Assembly (NCBI GenBank): GCA_904063045.1 | Contig: CAJFCJ010000027.1 | Coordinates: forward strand, 1-64,000 | Direction of reading: 5' to 3' | Origin: Dimorphilus gyrociliatus | Taxonomy: Eukaryota; Animalia; Annelida | Length of the DNA: 64,000 bases | Part shown: in pieces, positions 19,122 to 33,031 of the stretch | Position numbering within the stretch: position 1 is the first letter of the stretch | How the letters are laid out: each line of letters starts with the position of its first letter | Made by a program: the position numbers and the translations under genes | Notes under the pieces: generated by a model | Told to the model about the DNA's origin: nothing | What the model saw: the letters and a program-made list of their open reading frames with translations, nothing else | Database searches by the model: none

Positions 19122-21696
19122 TGACAGACTATTGAGATAGATTTTCATGCGTAGAGGACTTATTCACGCTTGCCCGTTGTGTGGTGGGCGCGTTGTTTAG
19201 TGTTCTAGTTCGGCCAACTAGGTGAAATATCTAAGTGTGTTTTACACCAGATAAGAGGGTGACAGGCGTTTCGCGACAGAATTCCTTTCGCCATAGTTGC
19301 ATAAGATTAGATTAGAAAAAGAAAATGAGAGAGAGAATATGAGGTTTAAGAAAGGATAGATGATGAATGAAAGAAGCTGAAATTGCGAGTTGGGATGGGG
19401 AGAAGAATAAGTGAGACAAATTTCAAATTCAATTAGGTAAGGGAATATAATGTAAAAAGTTTACAAACAATGATATACGAAACGCTAAAAGCGTATAAAG
19501 CATTTATAAATTTCTTTATATAAAATGCAATTATAGTGGAACACGTACATTACATATTCACTTCTCACACTTTCTCCTATCAACATTTCTTTTACTTTTT
19601 CATTAGCCCTCTTCTCTTCTCTCTCTTCTTTCTTCGCCAAAAAATAGTTTTTTTCTTAAACCCCATTGTGAGCTTTTACAATGTTAGGCGAGGGTAATGA
19701 ACTTGAATAGGTGAAAAAGAAAACTTTTAAATAGCTGTTGCACCAAAAGGGACAACGACGCAATCAGTTTAGTGACCCCATTTATACTAACCCAGCTCCA
19801 ATTTAATTTATTTATAGTTGGCAGGTGTCATTTTTATCTAACAATTTCCGGTTACTTTTGATGACGCATAGCATTCAACTACATCTTCTAATCTACAGAA
19901 TTAGTAGATTAATATATGCGCAATTACTGCAAAGCTGTAAACACTATTCGCACCGCTGTAATAATTACGTTAGGCTAATTAACTAGCAAAGGTTAATTAA
20001 TTCACCTTTCCCTCCTGCCTATCTTCAACCTTTCCGTCTTTCTTTCTCTAAATCTTTTCCATCTGTAGAGAAAATACTCCTATTAAATCTTTGGGGCAAA
20101 GTTACAGAATAGGAGAAGAATAGGAAGGAGAGGAAATTTTAGAAGAGAGATAAAGCAAGCAAAGGGGTGGGTGAATTTAAAAAAAAAATAAAAAGAAAAA
20201 AAGAAAGAGGAGGAAGAAGAAGAAGAAGAAGACGGAAATTCGATAAGAAAGTCAATTATTTATTTACTTTTAAGTAAAGTTTTAATTGTTTCTTTAGCTT
20301 TTCTTTCGTACTTTTTTAACGCTTTTTTCTCTATTATCGAACATAAATGGAAATGTTGAGAAAAGAGAATGTAAAAAGAGAAAAAGCAGCAGAAAAGAAG
20401 GAAATGACTGTTTAAAGAGGGTAATGAAAAAATTATAAAAAGAGAGAGAAATCAACTGTTGATTGTAGGCCTGTTGAAGGGAATAAAGTAATTAATCATT
20501 TTTATTGTATATTCAGTATGCTGTATGTATATATTTTATACATATATATTGTATATACTGTATTCTATATAGGGAAAAAATCAAAAGGAGACTAGATTGG
20601 ATAATTAAAGATAATTAATAATTGTTGAAAAGGAGAAAAGGGAACGTGGAAGGTTGAGTTTATTGAAAAAAAGACATGTCAAAAGTATTAAATCGCGGCA
20701 GTGGTAGAGAGAGAGAGAGAGAGAGAGAGAAAACGTCTGTTTTTTGATTAATTTTTCCTTTTTTTCTTTGTTTGTTTCATATCGTATCATTTTTATTGTA
20801 AAAGAGTCAATAGTGCGTTTGTAGGTTGCATGATATTCTTCTTCTTCCTTTGTTCACGCTTATTAAGGTGAACAAGAAAAAGGTAGATTGGCGGATAGAC
20901 AAATTGAGAAAAGGCAAAAGAAAAGAGACAGAGAGAGGGGAAGAAAATAATCAACGCGATTAAAATACATTCTTCTCCGCATTTAGTCGTAGTTGGTGGT
21001 GTTTTTTAAATAAATTATTCAAATGTTTTTCAACCGAGAAACGCACATGTTAGAATGAAAGGCAATGGAATATAGTGTGCTAACCAAGTTGAACCTGCAT
21101 TTCATGCCAGAGGCAATAATGGATCTAATTGGGAATTGTTGCTCTTCGATATACACTAGACAAAATAGAGTTTACCCTTTTCTGATAGAATGTAAACGTA
21201 TTGACAAAACAAGCATTTCCATTTATTTAATTATTAATTTATTCATAATTTGTAATAGGACAATATTTGAGGAAAATAAAACCTTTAGCCTCGCTTCGCT
21301 CTCACCGCCTCAGCGTTAAATCTAGCAAGGGAATCTTTGCTAAAGGTAAAACGAGCTTAACCCAATCCAAATAATCGGCTAAAGGATTATTTGCAGAAGA
21401 CGTTTGTTGGAAAATTATCCCGTTTAAATTATTACAATTACTCGATTCCCAGTCAGTCAGGTTAGAACACTGACAGTATTTTCAAAGTTGCGCAAAACAA
21501 CCAAATTGCCTTCGCCTCCAATTCATCAATGTAGATGCAGATACTAGAATTTAATCTTTGCTGTTTACGACCGTATCTATGACTTTTGTATATATGATTA
21601 ATAGAAGAAAAAGCGCTTAGCCGTTACAAGGTAGTTGCGGTAGTTGCAGAAAGGAATCGTCGGAATGGATGGTTGAATGAATGATTGAATGCATAG

Positions 21697-21727
<31 letters not shown>

Positions 21728-24616
21728 ATATTGGAATGAATAAATAAATGAGTTAATTAATTAAATAAAGGATTAATAAATTGATAAATTATTCATTAAT
21801 TATCGCAAACAGTGTGTAAAAGTTTTTGAATATTTACCGTAGTACTTAATGCCCTACCAATAATCTATTTCCATTAATGGAGATTTTGGGAATTGTTCCC
21901 CTTACTCCCTTGACACATTTCTCCGTCGAGCTCTTACGTCTGCTAGGTGAGCTTTAGGGAAAAAACACTTTATAGCAGCAGGCTGTGGCCATTGCCGAAT
22001 CATATCACTTTGATCTATCAAACAAAAAGTCAATTTTTGAGTCTAAAGAGTGGTGAAATGTTTGAAAAGGACAAACAAACGGTTGATTAATTAGTAAAAG
22101 ATATTTATCTGTTGGTTATTTCTCTTCATTCTTCCCCTTAACACGTAGTTTGTACTTGGCTCGAGTTGATTGGCAAAGAATGAAAAGCCTTGGTGGCTAT
22201 TTAAAGAAAATTAGACGGACAAAAATTCTACAAATTCAATGTTAAATTGATGTCGCAAAGAAGCGACAAAATAAGGATATAGATTATCTTTAATTTTTTC
22301 TTTCGGCATTCTTCTAATCAATCAACAGATCAAGCTACAAAAAAATTACAAATCTACGCTATAATGCTAAATCAATCGTCGATATATTTTTTCTCACCAT
22401 TTCTCCTCCAACAACGGTGAAGAGGGAGGGCGGCGAAATTGAGCGAGAACAGAGGGCATGAATGAGCTAGAAGTAGAGGTAATGGTCAATGTAGAGGCAA
22501 ATATACGGAGAGAAAGAGAGAGGGAAGGAGTGGGACGGAGAAAGAGAAAGAGAGGGAGAGAGAGAGAAGAGAAAGAAAGAGATAGAGAGAGAGTGAAAGA
22601 ATAAAAGGTGACGAAAAAGTATCTAGGCTAAAAGTCAAATGAAAAGAATCTTAATAAATGATTGTATATGATAGGAAAAGAGTGAATTATAGCTGCATTT
22701 ATTATTCATTCTTTATTTATTTTAACATCAATAGAATTAAAAGCAGATTGACGTCTACTTCTGCTTGAATTCAAAACGCCCCAACCAATTTACATGGAAA
22801 TTACTTGTTCTATTCAAAGGCTTTTTTTTCACGGCCAGTTGACGATTTTGATGGCAAAATTAAAAAAATTATTGAATAGGCAAGCACGGAGCGCGAAAAG
22901 AACGTGCTAAAGTAGAGAGGGAAGCTGGAAAGTTGCGGAGAGAGAGAGGCGGGAGAAAATTTTCTATGAATGAATTAAAAATTGCCATCATGAAGAGAAA
23001 TTATCAAGAGTAGGATAAGGGACTAACGAGGATGGTAATGATTACGATGAAGGCAATGTTGATTATTTAACGATTTTCAATAATTAAGGCAACATGATAC
23101 AAATATTCAATAAAGAGGAGACCGTTCATATTTTATTTATTTATTTCTTTATTCATTCGTTGTATATGTAATTAATTTGGAAAGCAAGAGAATTGTCAGG
23201 AAGAGAAAGAATGGAAAGAAAGGAAGAGTGAATGAATGAATGAACGAATGATGTATACAGAAAGATGAGGGAGGCAGGGAAGGAGAGAGAGGGCGGGAGC
23301 GAGGAAGGAAGGAAGAGAAATAATAATTAGTTTTAAAAAAATAAAGAAAATTTTCCCCCAATATTTCTCATTATTTATTTTCCTTTGAGAGTGAAAAAAG
23401 AGGGAGAAAGGAGAAGAGGGAAGAGAACGATAGAGAATGGTTTATTATGAGTATATTGGAAAGAAAGAAAAAGTTTATTTTAACTTGATATTATTCACAG
23501 TTTACATACGGCATATATTACTTTTATTTTTTTCTTTTTTACTTTCTTTTAGGCTTCCCTTTCTCTCTTTCTCTCTCTCTCTCTCTTTTATACAACTTAA
23601 TTAATATTCTATACAAACGTTTAACCGAAAAGGTTTTATTCAGAACGTATTGCGTAATTTATTCCATTTCTCTCTCTCTCTCTCTCCTTCAGTCACTCGT
23701 TGTTTCATGCTTTTTCTCTGATTCGCACCCTCGTTTCGGTTATTCTACCCTGATCCTGATTAAAATTTACGTTGTAGATGTAAAACTAAAAGCTACAAAC
23801 AGTATTTCGTTGTATTGTTTGACAATTGAATAAATGTTTTATTGTCTGGTATATTACTGATAATATGTACAGTATATGTACAAAGAGAAAATACAGTATA
23901 TGAGGAAGACATTGTGGTTTATTTTCCGAGATGATCGATTTGATGGTGACGATAACGATGACGACAATTGTGACCGTGGTAAACGTGGCTAAGACGATCA
24001 AGAATACCTCTAATACTACTAATAATACATATATAATATACAATAGATTTTATTATATGCTATCATTATCGTTAAGAGTTATATTTTCGATGTTGGTGAC
24101 AACAGCGATTGCGTGTAGAAGGAAATGAGAGAGAGAGAGAAAAAGATATTAAAAAGTTTAATAAATTCCTACAAGAATGGAAGGAGGTAAGAGATATGAA
24201 ACGGAAGAAAATGTACTGTAATATTATTACTTATACATTATATTGTATATAATATATGCAGAGACGTATATATATTTATATGTACAGTATACAGTATTTA
24301 TATATATGATATATAAACATACACTTATATAGATGATATCGAAAACAACTGAAAGAAATGAATATACAGTGTAACATAGGAAAGGGAAAAAAAACCGACA
24401 GAAAGATACATCAAGACTGAATACAGTATATGAATGAATGAATGAATGAATGAATGAACGAATGAACGAATGAACGCGATCAGGAAAAGAAAAGTAAATA
24501 ATCAAGAACAAGAAACAGAAATATTAAGGCATGGGAAAAGGGTTAGGGAGGGAGACAGGGAGGCAGGGTGGGAAAAAAAGGTTTTAGGAAAAAATGGTTG
24601 TTAAAGATTAAAAGGT

Positions 24617-25402
24617 TCAATGCCTTATCCTTCCGACATGTGAGGCTTTTTTATAACAGCCCAACAGTTTTTGAAAAGCTTTTCTAAAGTCATCATTAAA
24701 AATGGTATACAACACCGGGTTCATGCTCGAATTAGCATAACCTAACCAGAAAAAGAAAGAGTCGATAATTCTAGGAATCGGGCAATTAGGACACCAAGAT
24801 TTGACGACGTAGATGACGAAAAATCCTAACCAACAGCCGCAAAAACAGGCAATGATGATAGCCATTCGAATTGTTGCTCTAACTTCCTTCTGATCGTAGC
24901 GTTTCTTTTCGGAAGGTCTGTGCTTTCCTTTGCTACTTTTGAAGGGGTTAGACAGTTTTAAATTGGAAAAGAGTAATTTAGGCTTCGTTTGGTTGTTATC
25001 CGAATGATTAGGGTTCAGCATAACGAGAGAATCATCAGTTTGAGTTTGGTCTTTCATGCCGTTGCGGGCGTCGGTTTCCGAGCTACTCGGAACGGCTGTG
25101 CTGGAGACCCTTAAATGCGTAAATTCCATATCCTGACTATCGCTACTCGCTTCTTTCTTACCATCCATAGTTTCTAATTCAATTTTTGGAGGTTTAATCA
25201 TAGCACTTTGTTCCTTCGCTCTTCTCTTTAGGCCTATTTTAATTGGTAAGTTGTCGTTAACAATTGAAAGAGATATATATATATATATATGTTTGTTTAT
25301 CATTATTGTTATTATTATTATTTCGATAGAGTTGAATAAAATATTTATGACGATCGGATAAAAGAATATTTCAAGTGGTAAAATATATCTTGCACGTTGT
25401 AA

Positions 25403-25446
<44 letters not shown>

Positions 25447-27322
25447 AGACAGAAAAGAGAAATAGTTTAGAAAGGCCAATTGAAAAATTTGGTGAAAAAG
25501 TACACGTTTAGAGAAACTAAAAAAGAAACAGGTTAATTAATCTATTTACATATTTTTTCTGTTTCCTTATTGTTTCTCTCTGTTTTTATGTTCTAATTAA
25601 CTTTTCTTAGAACAAAGAATGTTAAATAGGTGGGAGGGAAGAAGGGACTGATGGGCGGACCAACATGGTCAATATACAAAGGGTGATCCCTTTTTTTTGT
25701 GGTTTTCTCATCACTCTTAATATTTTTATTGCTATTTTTAATATTATCGCTATTATTCTTTGATCCGATCTAGTCGCACCTTCTCTTGCAGCCTTCATCT
25801 TTTTCATTCTCTTTCTTAGCACCATAAAGATGCGAATATAGAGGAAAACAGTTATTAGGAAAGGAATAAAGAATGAACCGGAAGCTGAGTATAATACATA
25901 GCTTTGAGTATCAAATAGTTCGCATGTGTAAACATTTTTGTCAGTCTGATATTTGTAATTAGCAGATATGTTCTGCCAGCCGAGAAGTGCAGGTACTGAT
26001 ATAGATATGGATAAGAGCCATACGGTTGTTATGTAAATAGCAGCCTGTTTTGTATTCCGTTTTTCCCTATACCAAACTGGATAGAGTGTTGCTGTATAAC
26101 GATCAAGTCCAATAAAAGCGAGATTCCAGATCGATGCTGTACAGTATAAAACATCTGCAGTCAACCAGAAATTGCAGAGTATGCTACCAACGATCCAATA
26201 GCCTAGGACTTCGTTCAAGGCCGAAAAGGGCAAAATTGTAACCGCCAAGAGAAAGTCGCTTAAAGCCAAATTTCCAATAAGATAATTAGAAATAGTTCGT
26301 AGAGACCTGCGTAGTGCATTCTTATTATTCTTTTCGTTTGTTTATTTGTTTGTTTGCTTGTTTGTTGGTGTTGGTTATTTTATGCTATTATTACTATCAT
26401 TACTATTATCTTTATTATTATTATCATTACAGCAAAAAACAGGTTTGTTTTTTGTTTTTTTTCTCTCTTTTTCAGTTGTTGTTTGGGTTAAATTCAAAAG
26501 ATGATTGATTGAAAGGGAAAGAGGTGAAAGGGGAACAAAAAGGGGAGGGGGAAAGGTTAGCAAAAAAAGGAATGGAAAAATAGCGGACCGTCTTTTTTAT
26601 CATAATTCACTTTATCAAGTCGATATTGTCGAATAGAATGGGATTTAATAAGGTAGAAAAAAAATGAGATAACGAGGGATAAATGGAGAATAAAAAGGAT
26701 TTTTATGACAGGTAGAGAAGGATGAAGGAGAGAGGTAGGTAGAAAAATATGTATAGATGGATGAATGGATGATGGAGGAGAAATGGGAAGGAGGGAGGGG
26801 GAGAGAGGGAGGGAGGGAGGGAGGGATAGATGGACGGATGGATGGATGGATGGATGACTGGATGGATGAATGGATGGCTGGATGGACGGATAGATGGATT
26901 GTTGATTGATTGATTGATTGGTTGGTTGGTTGGTTGGTTGGTTGGTTAATTAGTTGATTACCTAGTGATTAGGAGATCAGGAAGGTACGCAGGTGATGGA
27001 AAAGGTGAATGGTCAAGTGGGAATCAAGTAAGGAAAAGAGGATGAAAAAACAACTTTCGAAGGGTAAAATGATAAAGCTTCGGCCATAAGAGAAAGAGAG
27101 AAAAAAGTTTATAAATAACAAAATTTACCTGAATTTGAATAGGGCAACGGCCACTAATGCATTACCAAATGCAGTTCCAATAACCATTAAAAATAAAACA
27201 ACTGCAACAACTATCATTTCCGGTAGTTTATAATTGATGGAAATTGAATGACTCTCTTCCACCTTAAAATTGATCGTGACATTTTCCAAATCGGTCAAAT
27301 TAGTAATATTTGTAATATTCAT
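24617..27322 (-). CDS. Biogenic amine GPCR, tyramine/octopamine-receptor-like, 3 coding exons (~445 aa)
   Basis: Exons 27322-27129, 26306-25780, 25233-24617 join in frame. [24 protein letters not shown] (D3.32), [27 protein letters not shown]. The donor at 25779 is inferred. Confidence 0.88.
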
Positions 27323-27399
27323 CTTTCTTATCTGTTGATCCGCTGCTGGAAAAAGGCGGATTAGACGCTAATCTCTCCCATTCGGATCTGTAGAGGCAA

Positions 27400-27880
27400 A
27401 AGAAATGTGTTTGGATTGATTAGTGAAACGGTTGGGCGTTTAAATAAATATGAAATGACAAAGGCAAGAAGAAATATGATTGCATAAGTTCGGCCCAGTG
27501 ACTCTTGAGTCAACCGCATTCTCAGTTAAGATTATCGCTTGAGGGGAAAAGAGTAAAATGTGTCCTTTTATAGCTACAACACAGCAATAGTTAAGCATCG
27601 ATGTTTTCGGGCCAAGCAGTTCAATATCAAAGACAAACAAGCTGTAGACGTGTTTGTTTACACGTACTATACACAGTATAGAGTGTATTTTTTTCTTATA
27701 TAATCTATAAATTATAGATATATATGTGTATTTATATTTATATATATATTTACAGTTAAGAAATCAAAAGGTTATATGCATTCCACTCTTTTTTCTAGCT
27801 GGCTAGTTGGCTAGCGAGTTAACTAACTGGTGAAGATTTTCCCTCTCTCGGTCTTTCTGGCGGTCCGTTGTTTTATTTAA

Positions 27881-27914
<34 letters not shown>

Positions 27915-30179
27915 TTCCTTCTTCCGCTTAAACGTACATACATAAACGAAATATTCATGCATCGTTAATACATAAACATACTTTACGATATTCGGTAGAT
28001 TATCACGATGAAGAGAAAACAAAGATGCAATAAAGGAATGGTCGGCGTTTACTTTTAAATGAGGCATAAGACCGCTGTAGATAGACCGACCTACGTCGGA
28101 ATTGACTGTAACAGTACAAGTAAAAGATCCATGAGGAAGAGAGGCCCGGGTTCCTTTATATTGAAAGATATGATATGAGATAAGAACGCCTCCTATCCTA
28201 TCCAGTCGTCATGATGGCCGCCTGTGCTGTATAGGTGCCTGCGCGCGTAATAAATTACAATATACGTACGTATATTAGAGTAGGTAGTAAAATCTATTTA
28301 TAGAAAAGTACGTTATTTGGAAATATGTGTTGGAATACGAATTTGTTAAGAATGTAAAAATGCATTTCGCCGTGTACATAGTTTGTATTTACCAATAGAA
28401 GCTAATAATATACTGTGCATATTTCTATATTGACATGAATAGATGTTCAAACTGATGGGATGGTTGGCGAGTGAAGGCAAAAGTGAGTGAGAGGAAGAGA
28501 AAGGCAGACAAACAGACAAATAGATAGACGGAGAAAAGTTTTCACCGTGATAAATTAAGTGTTATAAGTGAACTCGTGAACTTTTATGGATTAGTATAGA
28601 ATGTTTAATTTTATGTATTTACATGATAAACTTTGTAAATGTATAGCGGCTGCTCTCTTTAAACACGTTTACAAATACATAGCTTTGTCTGTCTATCCTC
28701 CTCATCTTTCTCAATTCCCCTCGCCAGCTCTGTCTTTCTTTTTTCACTCTCCTCCTCCTTCACCTATCTATCTATCAATCTATCTTTCTTCATTCTTTCT
28801 TTTCTCTATCTTTCTTTCCAATTCTTAATCTCTCTTTCATTCATTCACTCACTCACTCACTCGCTCACTTACTCGGTTACTTACTAACTTACTTTCTCAG
28901 TTTTCCTTTCCTAGTTTTTTTCTTTCTCAATGTTTTCTCTCTCTCTCTCTCTCTCTCTCTCGTTTTCATTCTCTCTCCCCTCCCCCCTCCCCTCCTCACT
29001 CACTCGCTAGTACAACACTACTACATACACGTGAAAACTTTCAAGGGTAATTTTATATTCCTTCACTCACAATCCATCAATGGGTTTGGGATCGACGAAG
29101 AAAAGGGGAACGTTATTTTTTTGTATATCAAGTATTTCGACGTTTGCTTTACGACTGAAAGATTAACGGATTACAGATTTTCCTTTCATCCTTCTCTTCT
29201 TTAATCAATTACAAAACAAAAAGAACACTATAAGCGTTTTCTTTGCTTGTGTGTTTTTTTATCCTATTTTTCTTCTTTGGTCTTTTCATTTTTTTGTTTT
29301 TTTTTTCCATTTTCCTCCTTTTGTACCGTTTTATCGTTACAGTCATCTACTAACCCTTTGAACTTTCTAGGAAATCTTTGAAATATTTCTTATTTCTCTT
29401 TCTTCTCTTTTCTTTTGTATTCTTGGTTTATAATTTTCGGTAGGTTGAGTAATTCCCTTATTGTTTCTAGTAATTCACTGCCCCTTCCCTCCTTTCCGAC
29501 GTTTGTTACTGTTAATGTTACAGTTGGCATTTTTCAACAAAAGAAAGATGGCGCTGTGAAAAGTTGAATTGAAAGAGAATGGAATGGAAAAAAAACTTGT
29601 CAATAGTTAATTTTTTTCCTTTTTGGTCGTTATTATTTCGTCATACGTATAGAAACGTCGGAATAAAAGATGAAAATGAATTTGAGGAGAGGTTTCATAA
29701 AATGGCCACCCAAGGGAAAATCTCATTAGGCAAATGAGCATATTATAAATTGTCAGATTTTTTTTCCCTAAATTATACCGTCTAAATATGTCAAACTATA
29801 GCGTATCGTTGCTATTATTTAGACGTATGTAAAACGTGTTTTGTACGTCGTTTTTTTTAATTGTGCATCTAAACATTTTTGCGATTCTTCCTATCTTCCT
29901 CTCTCTTTTCCAGCTATGTATCTATTTAACTCTCTCTCTCTCTCTCTCCGTCTCTGTATACTCGATAAAAAGGACAGAGTGGAGAGTGGGAATAAAGAGG
30001 TTTTTACTTATTCTTTCTCTTCGACGCTTAATAGGAAAGAATTGGTAAAAGATGGAAAAACATAAAATGACCGGCCAACGTATCGATTTCACACAACGCA
30101 TTTACTGGAAATGATTTTTTCCCCCATTTCCATCTGCTGGAAAAGTTTGTTATCTTGCTAAATTGTGATAGCGAGAAAT

Positions 30180-30235
<56 letters not shown>

Positions 30236-32969
30236 GAGAAAGAGAGAAAGGAAAAATAAAAGAGAAAATAGAGATAAAGGATAAAAAATTGAAATTGTAT
30301 GATTATGACCATTTGTCGGATGTTTGTCGTAATGATCGACAAAGTTAGAAGTGATAATATTACGTAATATTACACAATTATCATGAAATTGGAGACAAGT
30401 TGATGACATTTTTGTAACTAATCAAATCCGTTGCAGCGTAAAGAATTTGGCTTTGTGTATACAGTAATAGCGGGGAGGCGTGACATTTCATAAAGGTGCT
30501 GAAGAAGAAATGAGTTTTCGCGGTTCTTTTAAACGAAAATCACGCGATCCTCGTCTTTTTATGTTTTCAATTGTAATTCGATCAACGCTTTGAATGGGCC
30601 TAGTTGTTTTCCATCGTCAGGCGAGACGAAATCCTATTTAACAGTTGTTATCCGTACGCTCCGTCTGCAAACAGTCGCAGGGATATCGAACACGTTTGCT
30701 AATACTAATAGTATTTTTCTTCGAATAGTCTCTGTCAACCTATACAAACTGCATCGTGACTCTATTCCTTCCGCCTCGAAGGGGAAATAAGGATAAGAAA
30801 GCTATAGCATGGATACTTTTGATGCGAAACGGAACGAAAAAAAAGGATAAACAACGAAGGGCGAAGACAGGGAGGAGATGAAGCAAATAACGACGATGAT
30901 GACGGTGGCGTTGATGCTGATCAGATGTCTATGATATAGACGAAAGTGAAGGAAAATAAACGGTGAAAATAATAAGGATATGAGGAAAAGTAGAGAATTG
31001 GGAAGAGACTACAATAATCTAGAGGCGAAATTAATCGGAAAGGCAATAAGTCGTGTATGAGTTCAGTGCAAAATCTACAAAATCGGTCGTTTATAGACTC
31101 TTCTTCCTATTCCTACGTGCCAAATTATGAAGAGTTATGGAAAATGAATAAAAGACTGGAAAGAGTCCGCAGGCCGCTTGAGATAAATCAACCGCAACAG
31201 AATGGATATTCGTTCAAGGAATTTATGGTCGGATATAGGTCGTAATTTATATTAATTTTATCCCTTTTGCGGCAGTAATATGTTGTTTGTACTGCATCTC
31301 TGGTGAGGCTCAATTCCACATTGAATTTGCAGTAGATTTGTGAGTAAATAACTGTAAATTTTGCATAAGATGAAAGTGTAGAAGAAGGAGAAGAAGAGGA
31401 AGAGGAGGTCGGGTAATAGACGAGTTGTACGGATGAATGAATGAATTGAAGGATATAGGCATATTGACTTTTTGCTAACATACTATGTATATTGTTTGCA
31501 GTACACTTTGCGGAAAACACGTAGGATATTAATTTAATAAATGGAAATATTTACGATGATTTTTTAATCAATAAAAATAAACCTCACTCGACTCTTAAAC
31601 TATATAGAGGATGACGGGAGAGTTTGGAGGAGGAGTAGGGGGAGGAGGGGGAGGAGGGGGAGGGAAGATACAATGAAAAAACACATTATATATATATGTA
31701 CAATACTGCAATATCCTGTAATACGTTTAAATGGATTTTAGACGTTCCATGTACAAATAAGACGGCCGATCAATTATTGGTCGTTTTCTGAATCGGGCGA
31801 GAAATTTCTCCATCGTTAAAAGTAATTAGATCCGCAACCACTAGGAATCGATAAGAAGGAGAAAGACAGTCCAGAATCAATATAAAGAAAAGGAAACACA
31901 AACAGAAAGCTTCTAAGAGAAGAGATGACAAATTAGGCCTAAGAAAATTAAACAGAAACAACATGCTCTGAGCAGACGCTCGCCGAAGCGCGAGAAAATG
32001 CCATGTAACAGCCTGGTTTTTTGCCTAAGGTTCAGCCTATTTCCACCATAGGCTAATTGCAGCCTATAACCAACTTCATTAGATCTAATACGTTCTCTAA
32101 ATTGGAAACGACGTAATGAACCTGGACTGGGTTGACTCAACTTTTTTAATTGAATCTTTTTGCTTCCTTCGCCTAAACCTCTGTCATTTCCATTTAGCCA
32201 ATTGGATTCTGCTAAAGAGGAAACGGCAGAGAATGAAGCGCGACGGACGATGGAAGAGAGGAGGTGGGAGGGAAGGAGGGAGGAAGGCAATCGATTTCCC
32301 TCCCTACTCTTTTCTTTGAATAATGTCCTCTTTTAGCTTTCCCTTTCAATACAGCTACTCTGGAATTCCCCGTTTGTTTACCTATAACGAGTTTATTGTA
32401 CAATGTCCGATACGGATTTCCGGTGCAATTTTATAGCCGATGAGTTTTTCAGCTTGGCGTTTTTACATCAATGGAATTGCGTAATTGGGTAATTTTTTCC
32501 CACCTAATGGAGGCAGCGATGGGTGCGCACGTCGAGCACGAAAATAGATAAACAAATAAAAACTACGTGTAAAATTGATGACAAAAGAAAACTAGCGATG
32601 TTTACATAGTTTATGCAGGTGGGTAAATATTTCTTCTCTATGTCCGCTATTCTTTCTTACTTTGCTCAGTTACTGTCTTGCTGTCTCTGTCTCGGTTTGT
32701 TTGCCTCTGCCTCTCTCTCTCTTTCCCGATGGTTTTTGCAAGTATTACAATAGGCCTATTTACAATGCTTGATACAAACTGCTGTAAAGAGGTTGAATAT
32801 CGTATGTATCCTATAATTGACTAGTACTTTGAAAAATAAATAATTCAATCATCTTCTAATTAATCGATCAAGTAAGAATCGACCGTGCAATGTCGAAAAA
32901 AATAAGACGTGACCGTCTAAATGATTCGGCAGAAGAATGGATAGCTGGGATAGAGAGCGAGAGGGGAGA

Positions 32970-33031
<62 letters not shown>

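Noticed and set aside
25622-25779. Apparent frameshift in the amine receptor third intracellular loop
   Set aside because: A phase-1 donor at 25779 joins exon 3 in frame, so this stretch is most simply intronic.
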